Part shown: positions 31,715-40,088 of the stretch, one piece after another
Layout: each line of letters begins with the position of its first letter
Position numbering within the stretch: the first letter of the stretch is position 1
DNA from: an uncultured delta proteobacterium
Lineage (GTDB): Bacteria > Desulfobacterota > Binatia > UBA9968
Assembly: GCA_963728565.1 (NCBI GenBank)
Contig: CAVSLC010000001.1
Location: 116,118-180,117, forward strand
Direction of reading: 5' to 3'
DNA length: 64,000 nt
Program-made: the position numbers and the translations under genes
Notes under the pieces: generated by a model
The model's input: the letters and a program-made list of their open reading frames with translations, nothing else
What the model was told of the DNA's origin: nothing
Database searches by the model: none

Positions 31715-32572
31715 ATGGAAGAAGACGTTGACAATCTAGCAGCCGATCTGCCGCCAACACCCCTGACTCTCGACGGCTCTTATCTACTGCACCAAATGTT
31801 TCGTGTGCGCTGGGCCGCTTGGCGCGCGCTCAGTGCTGCCGAGCAAGATGCGCTTCTTAACCAAGCCACGGCGATATTTCGCGGCATGGAAGACAACAAA
31901 CAGGAAGCCACCGGCTTGTTCGCCATGCTTGGTCACAAAGGCGACCTGATGTTGGTGCATTTTCGCAAAGCCTTAGACGCCTTGAATCTCGCCGAGCTCG
32001 AGCTCGCGCAATTAAGACTGCTCGATTTTCTCGAACCGATGACATCCTATCTTTCGGTTGTCGAGCTGGGACTTTATGAAGCGTCGGTAAAACTGTACGC
32101 CGAGCTAACGGCCCGAGCTCTACGGCCCGGCACCGCCGAGTGGAACCGGGAAGTGGAAGCCGAATTGACCAAGCAGCGGCAGGCAGCGGCGCCGCGTTTG
32201 TGGCCGGAGATTCCGCAGCGCCGTTATTTGTGTTTCTACCCGATGAATAAGTTTCGCGGCGAAGCCAGGAATTGGTACAACGAGCCAATCCGCGAACGGC
32301 AACGAATGATGCGCGAGCACGGCATGATCGGACGCCATTATGCCGGCCGCGTCAATCAGATCATTTCGGGCTCCATCGGCTTCGATGATTGGGAATGGGG
32401 AGTCGATCTCTTCGCCGATGACCCGCTGGTTTTCAAAAAACTCGTTTACGAGATGCGCTTCGATGAAGCCAGCGCGATTTACGGCCTGTTCGGCACGTTT
32501 TACGTCGGACTGCGCTTTCCTGCGGATCAATTGAAGAACTTTTTTCACGGCAAAGCACCTACATTTCGTTAA
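31715..32572 (+). CDS. chdC: Coproheme decarboxylase (chlorite dismutase superfamily)
   Basis: GHKGDL, SYLSVVEL, FYPMNK (catalytic Tyr/Lys), NWY, proximal His in HGMIGR, QIISGSIGFDDWEW, EMRFDE. Confidence 0.85.
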   Translation: MEEDVDNLAADLPPTPLTLDGSYLLHQMFRVRWAAWRALSAAEQDALLNQATAIFRGMEDNKQEATGLFAMLGHKGDLMLVHFRKALDALNLAELELAQLRLLDFLEPMTSYLSVVELGLYEASVKLYAELTARALRPGTAEWNREVEAELTKQRQAAAPRLWPEIPQRRYLCFYPMNKFRGEARNWYNEPIRERQRMMREHGMIGRHYAGRVNQIISGSIGFDDWEWGVDLFADDPLVFKKLVYEMRFDEASAIYGLFGTFYVGLRFPADQLKNFFHGKAPTFR

Positions 32573-32624
32573 GCGAGTTCGGGTTTGCGACATCGAATGG
32601 TTTGAACTTGACCGCGGAGGCGCC

Positions 32625-33387
32625 ATGAGATTGCACAACAAAGTCGTGATCATTACCGGCGCCGCGCATGGTATCGGCAAATCCTATGCGCGCAGGTTCG
32701 CCGAAGAAGGCGCCCAGGTGGTGGTCGCCGATGTCGATAGCCAGGGCGGCCGCATAGTCGCCCAAGCGTTGACGGATTCAGGATTCCGCGCATGGGCCCG
32801 CGCTACCGATGTCACAGACTATTTAGATGTCCAGGGTTTGATGCTGGAGACTGCCGAAAAGTTCGGCGTCATCAATGTGCTGCTCAACAATGCGGCGATC
32901 TACGTCACGCAAAAACTTTGGAAAGGACCGGTCGAAGATCTTGATCTGGCGGAGTGGGACCGAGTTATTGAAGTAAACCTGAAAGGCGTTTTCCTCTGCT
33001 GCAAGGCGGCGATCCCAATCATGAAGCGGCAACGCAGCGGCAAGATTATCAACATTGCCTCGGGCACGTTTTTCAGCGGCTCCGGCAACATGCCGCATTA
33101 CACAACCGCAAAAGGCGGCGTGGTCGCGCTAACGCGAGTCATGGCCCGACAACTGGGAGAATGGAACATCAATGTCAATTGCATGACCCCTGGCTCGACC
33201 ATGAGTGAGGATTCGGTCACCGATGATGTGCTCAGGCGGCGCGAGGGCAGTATGGATAAACGCGCTTTCCGTCGCGATCGAAACACCGGCGGACATCGTC
33301 GGGACGGCGCTATTTTTGGCTAGTTCCGACAGCGATTTCATCACCGGACAGTTACTGGTAGTGGAAGGTGGCGGCATCATGCATTGA
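32625..33387 (+). CDS. Short-chain dehydrogenase/reductase, +1 frameshift near 33276
   Basis: TGAAHGIG, NNAA, YTTAKGG; C-terminus FLASSDSDFITGQ lies in the shifted frame. Confidence 0.9.
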
Positions 33388-33432
33388 GCCGGGTGCCATC
33401 GATCGGCAATCGACAGTGACCTACAACCGATC

Positions 33433-33984
33433 TCAAGCCGACTGACCCATAACACCGTAGACATGTCCGCACTCGCTGCAGAAAACAACGCTGAAGGGCG
33501 CAAGAACGAATTGCTTGCCGCGGGATGATCCGGCGCCGCCTTTGCGCGAGACGATGTAATCCGTGCCCAGCGCGGAGCATTGCGGGCATCTAGGTTGCGG
33601 TTCGGTTTTGGATTGTGATTCAGGCTTTCTTTTGAAATCGTACGAGTGGTTGAATCCTTGATGAACGTGTTCGCCAAACTGCTCGGCCTGTGGCTTCTCT
33701 TCCTGGGGCTCTTCTTCACCGGGTGGGCGCGTCGCCCGATCGTAGATGCTGCGCTTGCCGCTGTCGGATAAAATACCGTAAGCCTGTAACACCTGCGTGA
33801 ATTTTTCCGCCGCCTGTTTATCGTCGGGATTTCGGTCAGGGTGATAGCGAAACGCCATCTTCCGGTATGCTTGTTTGATTTCGGCTTCGCTGGCGTTTCG
33901 TTTAAGGCCCAGCAAAGAGTAAAAATCAACTAGATTCTCCAAAATCGCCTCACAAAGATTTTCTTCCTCGCCGGCTCCTACCAC
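33433..33984 (-). CDS. Class C J-domain protein with C-terminal Zn ribbon
   Basis: DFYSLLG..IKQAYRK..YHPDRN J-domain; CPQC...CSEC. Start possibly TTG 33942. Confidence 0.88.
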   Translation of the reverse strand: MVGAGEEENLCEAILENLVDFYSLLGLKRNASEAEIKQAYRKMAFRYHPDRNPDDKQAAEKFTQVLQAYGILSDSGKRSIYDRATRPPGEEEPQEEKPQAEQFGEHVHQGFNHSYDFKRKPESQSKTEPQPRCPQCSALGTDYIVSRKGGAGSSRGKQFVLAPFSVVFCSECGHVYGVMGQSA

Positions 33985-33999
33985 GGCGCGATGGAAAGT

Positions 34000-34500
34000 T
34001 TAGCGGCCGTGGCTGGGAAGCTTCGCCGAATGATCAACTTTACGGCGTTGTTTGTACATGCTGACGCACATGTCATAAATGGCACTACCGTCTCGATCGT
34101 CCACAACTCGCTCGCCCTCCTTGGTCTCATATTCGACTGAAAAAGAAGGGCTGCTGCCCGGCGCTTCGTTGTTTGAAATGCGGATAAGCCGCGCTTGATT
34201 TTTATCGAGGTAGCCGCCAATGGCCCGTAGAATCTGGACGAGGCTAACGAACTCTTTTGGCGGTGACGATGTTCCGCGCTGCTCCTGGCCGGCGCTGTCG
34301 AGATCGAGAATATCCGCCGGCGTATATTGAAGGCTTACCGGCATCGGCGCCGGCGGAGGTTGGTAGCCGGCCAGCACAATGTACCCGGTAGTGTCCAAGA
34401 TGATATCAAGCGTGCGCAATCCCCGGCTTTCGAGATCCTGACCAATACATCGAAGAGCGGTTGAATAATTGACGGGATGCAGCCGTGCCAGCCTTCTCAT
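34000..34500 (-). CDS. Hypothetical protein with internal two-fold repeat (LRxIGxxL motif)
   Basis: Repeat 1 YSTALRCIGQDLE...GQEQRG; repeat 2 LVQILRAIGGYLD...MYKQRR; a paralog lies immediately upstream. Confidence 0.75.
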   Translation of the reverse strand: MRRLARLHPVNYSTALRCIGQDLESRGLRTLDIILDTTGYIVLAGYQPPPAPMPVSLQYTPADILDLDSAGQEQRGTSSPPKEFVSLVQILRAIGGYLDKNQARLIRISNNEAPGSSPSFSVEYETKEGERVVDDRDGSAIYDMCVSMYKQRRKVDHSAKLPSHGR

Positions 34501-34678
34501 ACCTTCCCAAAAATCCTTATAACGGGGTTATGATCGAGAAGGGAAATGGTACGAATAGTGTTCGGAAAAATCAACCGAATTCTTGCCCGTCAGGTGGAGT
34601 CTCCGCCACCGAATCATCGCACGGTGAGGACGCATCCATCTTGCTTCATTCCGCCGATTTCTGGGCGCGGCCGAGTAG

Positions 34679-35108
34679 TCACTTCCTCTGTTGGCGCAAA
34701 GAGTTAGTGATCTCATCGAGCGCTGGCTTCGACCCAGTGTTCTCCATTCGGCTGCATCGGGCAATGCAAATTCAATCCGGTAAGCGATCTCTGGCCCAAG
34801 CAAGTTAAAATTAGCGACACGCAGCAGCCGACCCTTCTCCTGATCGACATACCCTCCCAGGCTTCGGAGAGTATCAGGGAGCGACTGTTCACAGAAAAAA
34901 CGCCGGTGCGTTTCAACTTGCCCATGAAATCTATTTGCTCGAGAAGTCTGCTGGTATAAACAAAGAGACAGAAGGTTACCTGGCACCGGCAGATCGCAGT
35001 CACATTGAATCCGGTACTCGGATTGCTTGACACTGATATCATGACCAGCGCGCCATGGCCCTCTAAATCTTGACCGATGGCGCGCAGAGCCTGCCCCTAT
35101 GTCAACAT
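34679..35108 (-). pseudogene. Decayed tandem paralog of the 34000-34500 protein
   Basis: MLT*GQALRAIGQDLE (TAG where the paralog has Tyr), then SLPDTLRSLGGYVDQEKGRLLRVAN, NGEHWVE and ALDEITNSLRQQRK* in different frames. Confidence 0.75.
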
Positions 35109-35127
35109 GAAGAGAAGAAAGGGATGA

Positions 35128-35757
35128 CTAAGTTTCCGGCAATTTAGGGAGCGCATCCATCACGCCGATCATGCTGTCGCGCGTGACCAGCCTCGCCAGC
35201 TCCGTCTCGCTCAATCCTTCGGTCCCTTTCGGACGCAGTGGCAAAACCAAATAGCGGATATCCGCCGTGCTATCGTGCACCCGCACTTCGACATCGTCGG
35301 GGAGTACAAGACCGAATTCACGCATCACACCACGGGGGTCGTTTACCGAGCGCTGACGATAGTTGAAGCTCTTGTACCAATCTGGCGGGCGGCCCAGAAT
35401 CGGGCGTGGATAACAGGAGCACAACGTGCAAACCACCATGTGGCGAACATTCTCGGTATTTTCTAGAACGACAAATTCGTTAAGCGCGGTAGCATCGATT
35501 CCGAGCTCGGCGCAAGCCGCTTTAGGGTCGGCAATCAGACGCTCCTTGAAGGCCGGGTCGACCCAGGCGCGTGCGACAATCTTCGCGCCATTGGCCGGAG
35601 AACGCGCTTCCTGATACTCGATTTGACTTTGAATATCCTTCTCAGTTATGACGCCTTTCTCTAGCAATAAATCCCGGATCGCATAGATTCGCTTAGCCTG
35701 CGGGCTGAGTTCATGCCGGGGATGTTCGTGTCCGTGTCCGTCAACTGATGTGCTCAT
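35128..35757 (-). CDS. Co-type nitrile hydratase alpha / thiocyanate hydrolase gamma (ScnC-like) subunit
   Basis: GAKIVARAWVDP, VVCTLCSCYPRPILG, WYKS..YR.R, VHDSTAD.RYLVLP.RP, VTRDSMIG. Confidence 0.93.
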   Translation of the reverse strand: MSTSVDGHGHEHPRHELSPQAKRIYAIRDLLLEKGVITEKDIQSQIEYQEARSPANGAKIVARAWVDPAFKERLIADPKAACAELGIDATALNEFVVLENTENVRHMVVCTLCSCYPRPILGRPPDWYKSFNYRQRSVNDPRGVMREFGLVLPDDVEVRVHDSTADIRYLVLPLRPKGTEGLSETELARLVTRDSMIGVMDALPKLPET

Positions 35758-36067
35758 CCTTCTGTCCTCCGTACCCTGCCGGTTCCAACCAATGATCGTA
35801 AATATCAACGCACAGTTTGTCTGCCGGCGCTTGCGCCGCTCCCCAGACATCGGCCTGATTGAAGGCAACAAGATAGAGCGTTCGCCTCGGCAATCCGTCG
35901 CCGCCGAAGGCAAGCGATTCAGGGTTTAAGAAGTCGCCATAGACTCGCTCCACCCGGCCGGTCTTGCCGCGAATGTAATAAGGTGTGCGGATGTGTCCAG
36001 GGCGATGCTCGTTCAACACTCGCACGGCATCACCCGGCCGGAATCTGCCGGTTGCCGGGTGGATCAT
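35741..36067 (-). CDS. NHase beta C-terminal SH3-like / thiocyanate hydrolase alpha (ScnA-like) subunit
   Basis: RFRPGDAVRV, GHIRTPYYIRGKTG, LYLVAF..DVW, VDIYDHWLEP; ATGA overlap with the upstream stop and a GGAG RBS. Confidence 0.88.
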   Translation of the reverse strand: MIHPATGRFRPGDAVRVLNEHRPGHIRTPYYIRGKTGRVERVYGDFLNPESLAFGGDGLPRRTLYLVAFNQADVWGAAQAPADKLCVDIYDHWLEPAGYGGQKDEHIS

Positions 36068-36375
36068 GGCTCTCCCCATTTTTTCTCGAATTCGACGACT
36101 CTCTTGTCGATCTCATCTTTTGTCAGAATGCCTTTTTCGATCAGGATAGTCTCCATGCTGGCAATCCAACGCTCGTAATAATTCATTTCACGGTAGGCGT
36201 CGGAATCCATCTCCTCGCGGGCGCGCCGCAGTTCATCGGTTCGCTTGACTCCCCTGGCGCCCAACGCTTGATTGATCGCGTCTGCCAGAATCTCCCAATC
36301 TGAAAGCTCGTGCTGCGATTTTTCGATCGGTCCGGCCCCGGGCAGCCCGCCGATGTCGTGATGTCCTCTGTGCAT
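36064..36375 (-). CDS. NHase beta N-terminal / thiocyanate hydrolase beta (ScnB-like) subunit
   Basis: HDIGG, WE, DELRRAREEM, YYERW, LIEKG. Confidence 0.88.
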   Translation of the reverse strand: MHRGHHDIGGLPGAGPIEKSQHELSDWEILADAINQALGARGVKRTDELRRAREEMDSDAYREMNYYERWIASMETILIEKGILTKDEIDKRVVEFEKKWGEP

Positions 36376-36388
36376 GACTCTACTCCAA

Positions 36389-38161
36389 TCAACCCTTCAG
36401 TCGTTCGGCCAAGGCTTTGTGTTCTTCCTTGATGCCGCTCGGTAGGTGGTCACCGAATTTATCGAAATATTCGCCTTGGCTTTTTAAATTGGCTTTCCAT
36501 GCGTCGCGGTCGACAGTCACCAACTGCTCAAGATCCGATTTGGAAACATCAAGTCCATCGCCGTTGAGGCTCGAAGTCTTGGGAACATAGCCGATCGGCG
36601 TCTCATCGGCCTGACCGCCGCCGTTTGAGCGTTCGACGACCCAGCGCAGTACCCGCAAGTTCTCGCCGAATCCCGGCCAGATAAATTTTCCTTGATCATT
36701 CCGTTGAAACCAATTGACGCGAAATATTTTCGGCGGATTGCTGGCTCGCTTGGCGATGGACAGCCAATGGCCCCAATAGTCGCCCATGTTGTAACCACAA
36801 AACGGTAACATCGCCATAGGATCGCGCCGCACAACTCCGACCGCACCCGTGGCCGCAGCGGTAGTTTCCGAGGCTAAAGTGGCGCCGAGAAAAGTGCCGT
36901 GTTGCCAATCGAAGGACTGATAAACCAGAGGGACCACTTTATTGCGGCGGGCGCCAAATAAAATCGCGCTGATCGGCACCCCTTCCGGTTTTTCCCATTC
37001 GGGAGAGTACGTGGGACACTGTTTCAGTGACACTGTGAACCGGGAGTTCGGATGCGCCGCCGGATGACCGCTCTTCGGATCCCAGGCCTTGCCGCGCCAA
37101 TCAATTGCGTTGGCCGGCACCGGATCATCGTGGCCTTCCCACCACACTGTGCCGTCGGATCGAAGCGCCACATTCGTATATATCGTGTCTCTTTGCACGG
37201 TTCTCATCGCGTTGGGATTGGTTTTGGATCCGGTCCCCGGCGCTACGCCAAAGAAGCCGGCTTCAGGATTAATCGCCCACAATCTACCGTCCGAACCGAC
37301 CCTGAGCCAGGATATATCATCGCCTACCGTGTGGATTTTCCATCCCTTCATACTCGCCGGGGGAACCAACATGGCGAGGTTGGTTTTACCGCATGCGCTC
37401 GGGAACGCTCCGCAGATATAATGAATCTCGCCGTCCGGACTCTCGACGCCGACGATCAGCATGTGCTCGGCGAGCCAGCCTTCTTTTTCACCGAGCTTAC
37501 TGGCGATTCGCAGCGCCAAACATTTCTTGGCGAGCAAGGCGTTGCCACCGTATCCGGAACCGACACTCCAAATTGTATTATCTTGAGGATAGTGGCAGAT
37601 AAACCGCCGGTCCATGTCGAGATCAGCTTTGGAATGTAGACACCGGGTAAAATCGTTGGAGCTGCCGAGATGGTCGAGAGCCACTTTGCCCATTCGCGTC
37701 ATGATGCGCATATTGAGCACCACATAGACGCTATCGGTGAGTTGCACCCCAACCTTACTGAAGGCGGAACCTTCCGGCCCCATCAGGAAAGGAATGACAT
37801 ACATCGTTCGACCGCGCATCGCGCCGGTAAAAATCTTGGCAAGACGGTCATAAGACTCAGCCGGCGCCATCCAGTTGTTGTTGGGTCCGGCTTCCTCTTC
37901 CGTTGGGGTGCAGACAAAGGTTAGATTTTCAGTACGGGCGACATCGTTGAGGGCGCTTCGATGCAAATAAGAACCGGGCAATTCGTTTTGGTTCAACGGC
38001 ATCAAATCGCCGATTTCAACAGCGACCTCTGTAAGTTGCTCCCGTTCTGATTCCGAACCGTCACACCAAAAGACGTTGTCAGGTTGGCACATCGCTGCCA
38101 TGTCCTTGACCCACTTTTGAATATGAGGATTTGCCGGTGCCTTTCCTGGTGAATTACTCAT
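36389..38161 (-). CDS. pckG: Phosphoenolpyruvate carboxykinase (GTP)
   Basis: DVART, GSGYGGNALLAKKC, AFPSACGKTNLAM, VGDDI, HPNSRF, DPMAMLPFCGYN. Confidence 0.96.
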   Translation of the reverse strand: MSNSPGKAPANPHIQKWVKDMAAMCQPDNVFWCDGSESEREQLTEVAVEIGDLMPLNQNELPGSYLHRSALNDVARTENLTFVCTPTEEEAGPNNNWMAPAESYDRLAKIFTGAMRGRTMYVIPFLMGPEGSAFSKVGVQLTDSVYVVLNMRIMTRMGKVALDHLGSSNDFTRCLHSKADLDMDRRFICHYPQDNTIWSVGSGYGGNALLAKKCLALRIASKLGEKEGWLAEHMLIVGVESPDGEIHYICGAFPSACGKTNLAMLVPPASMKGWKIHTVGDDISWLRVGSDGRLWAINPEAGFFGVAPGTGSKTNPNAMRTVQRDTIYTNVALRSDGTVWWEGHDDPVPANAIDWRGKAWDPKSGHPAAHPNSRFTVSLKQCPTYSPEWEKPEGVPISAILFGARRNKVVPLVYQSFDWQHGTFLGATLASETTAAATGAVGVVRRDPMAMLPFCGYNMGDYWGHWLSIAKRASNPPKIFRVNWFQRNDQGKFIWPGFGENLRVLRWVVERSNGGGQADETPIGYVPKTSSLNGDGLDVSKSDLEQLVTVDRDAWKANLKSQGEYFDKFGDHLPSGIKEEHKALAERLKG

Positions 38162-38444
38162 GCGCCACAATTCTCCCTTTCGAAACGACGTGAAGTTCGA
38201 GTCATCCTAGACCCGCGGAATTTCTGGTCCGGCTAGACGACGAACCGAATCAAAAGCCAGACCGGCAAGCATTGCTTCAACAATAAAACTATCCGATGAA
38301 AAGCGGCAATGTCAACTGAGATGGGGCGGCCGGTGATCGTAACCAGCGATGGCTCGCCTAGGTTTTCGAGAAGAGACGACGACTCCGCAGCATTGAAACT
38401 CGCATCGGATGAGCGGCGCTGTGGACGCCGATCCCGCGCGGAGG

Positions 38445-39356
38445 CTATTCTTTGAACACGCGCAGTAGCCGCCAACCGCCGCTAGGAATATCCTCGTTCC
38501 AGCCGATCAAAGCGACCAAATCACCGCGCGCATCCAGTAAGCGTACTAGCTCCTGTTTTTCAAGAGGTTTGCCGATCTGGCTCAAGCATTCCTGCTGGCC
38601 CATACGGAGGCGGGCAAGCCAGCGGTGATCCCAAGTGATCCCTCTTAGATGGCTAAGCGCATTGCTCAACGAAATCATCGCGCCCTCTGCTCGGGTGGTA
38701 AGTCGCTCAAGCTCATCCAGGCTCATCGCCCGCTCTATTCTTAGATGGCCGCAAGCGATCCGCCGCAAGCTCTTCAAGTGCGCCCCGCAACCGAGCGCTT
38801 CACCCAAATCTGCAGCCAAGGTCCGCACATAAGTGCCTCGCGAGCAGGTAACGTCGATGCCGACTTCCGTGCAATTGATCTGATGCAATTGGATAGAATC
38901 GATCTGGATTGTTCTCGGCAGGCGCGGCACTTCTTTGCCTTGCCGCGCCAATTTGTACAGCCGCACTCCGTCCCTTTTTAGGGCCGAGAACATCGGTGGA
39001 GTCTGCTGCAGCTGGCCGCTGAACCGTTGCTCCAGAACACGCAGCTCACGGTCGCCAAGCGATGGAACCGGGAGCGTCTTCACCACAACGCCGGTCGAGT
39101 CCTGCGAATCGGTTGCTACTCCCAGGGTCACAACGCCGCGGTAACTTTTCGGCGCGCGCAAAAAAATATCCGAGATCTTAGTACCTTCGTTTATTCCTAA
39201 CAGCAGTAATCCCGAGGCGAAGGGATCGAGAGTGCCGAGATGGCCTACCTTTTTGGCGCCGAGAGAAACCTTTGCCCTGTGCACGACATGAGCCGAAGAA
39301 GGCCCTTCCGGCTTATCGACCAAAAGAAGACCGCTTTTTGTCATCGATTTTTGCAC
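38445..39356 (-). CDS. truB: tRNA pseudouridine(55) synthase
   Basis: KVGHLGTLDPFASG, QTPPMFSALK, CSRGTYVRTL. Confidence 0.95.
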   Translation of the reverse strand: MQKSMTKSGLLLVDKPEGPSSAHVVHRAKVSLGAKKVGHLGTLDPFASGLLLLGINEGTKISDIFLRAPKSYRGVVTLGVATDSQDSTGVVVKTLPVPSLGDRELRVLEQRFSGQLQQTPPMFSALKRDGVRLYKLARQGKEVPRLPRTIQIDSIQLHQINCTEVGIDVTCSRGTYVRTLAADLGEALGCGAHLKSLRRIACGHLRIERAMSLDELERLTTRAEGAMISLSNALSHLRGITWDHRWLARLRMGQQECLSQIGKPLEKQELVRLLDARGDLVALIGWNEDIPSGGWRLLRVFKE

Positions 39357-39405
39357 ATTCGGAAAACTTGAAGATGAGAGTTGCGGCTTTAAGCGAGAAC
39401 TCGAG

Positions 39406-39750
39406 TTACTGCTTTACTTCCCTGAGAAGCTTCTCGATGCGCTCTGCCTCGTCGACAGAATCGTCGTACACAAACTCGATAGCCGGAACGAAGCGAAGTT
39501 TGAGCTGTTTACCGATTCTAGCACGGATAAATCCCAAGGCGCTCTTCAATCCCGCTAGCACGGCGTTCTTGTTCTCAGAAGAGCCGCCTAAAATGGTGAA
39601 GTAAATCCGCGCCTGCCGCAAATCCTTGGTTACCTTGGCAGCGGTAATCGTCACCGCAGTAACCCGGGGGTCGCGAATGTCTTCGCGCAACACGTCCGCG
39701 ATAACTTCGGTGAGCAGTTCGCCGACCCGTTCTGATCGCTGATAATCCAT
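39406..39750 (-). CDS. rbfA: Ribosome-binding factor A
   Basis: RSERV, IRDPR, DLRQA, LRFVPAIEFVYD; synteny. Confidence 0.95.
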   Translation of the reverse strand: MDYQRSERVGELLTEVIADVLREDIRDPRVTAVTITAAKVTKDLRQARIYFTILGGSSENKNAVLAGLKSALGFIRARIGKQLKLRFVPAIEFVYDDSVDEAERIEKLLREVKQ

Positions 39751-39762
39751 GCGCTGGAAGAA

Positions 39763-40047
39763 TTAACAATAGAAGAACTCGATATCGGAATCGGCGACTT
39801 GGGCTAGTCCGATCTCATCAACGAAGTCGACGATTTGGTTAAGTGTTTTCTCAATGATTTCTTTATGGGTGCCGATCAAGCCAAAGCCCAGCACGGCGCT
39901 TTGCCATAAATCCTGATCGCCACATTCGGTCACTGACACGTTAAAGCGATTGGCGACGCGCGCCTGAATACGTTTAAGCACGCCGCGCTTGCCTTTCAAC
40001 GAATGATTCTCGGGGAGTAGAAGATTCACCTTCAGAACCCCGACCAC
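39763..40047 (-). CDS. DUF503 (YlxP) family protein
   Basis: SLKGKR, RFNVSV.E...QDLWQ; lies between infB and rbfA. Confidence 0.92.
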   Translation of the reverse strand: MVGVLKVNLLLPENHSLKGKRGVLKRIQARVANRFNVSVTECGDQDLWQSAVLGFGLIGTHKEIIEKTLNQIVDFVDEIGLAQVADSDIEFFYC

Positions 40048-40088
40048 GGCGCTCGGAGTCGAGTCTCGAGAATGCTTACGGCCGATCG

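Noticed and set aside
31715-32572. Chlorite dismutase
   Set aside because: Lacks the distal Arg and carries the ChdC Tyr/Lys/Gln set.
35097-35099. In-frame TAG as pyrrolysine or stop-codon recoding
   Set aside because: The same gene has several frameshifts, TAG is a normal stop elsewhere, and no pyl genes are seen.
36064-36067. Split NHase beta as another indel artefact
   Set aside because: Clean ATGA overlap with RBS, both parts end at domain boundaries, and the order matches scnBAC.
38233-38475. Small ORF or rpsO leader between truB and pckG
   Set aside because: No RBS or motif; rpsO-pnp are simply not here.
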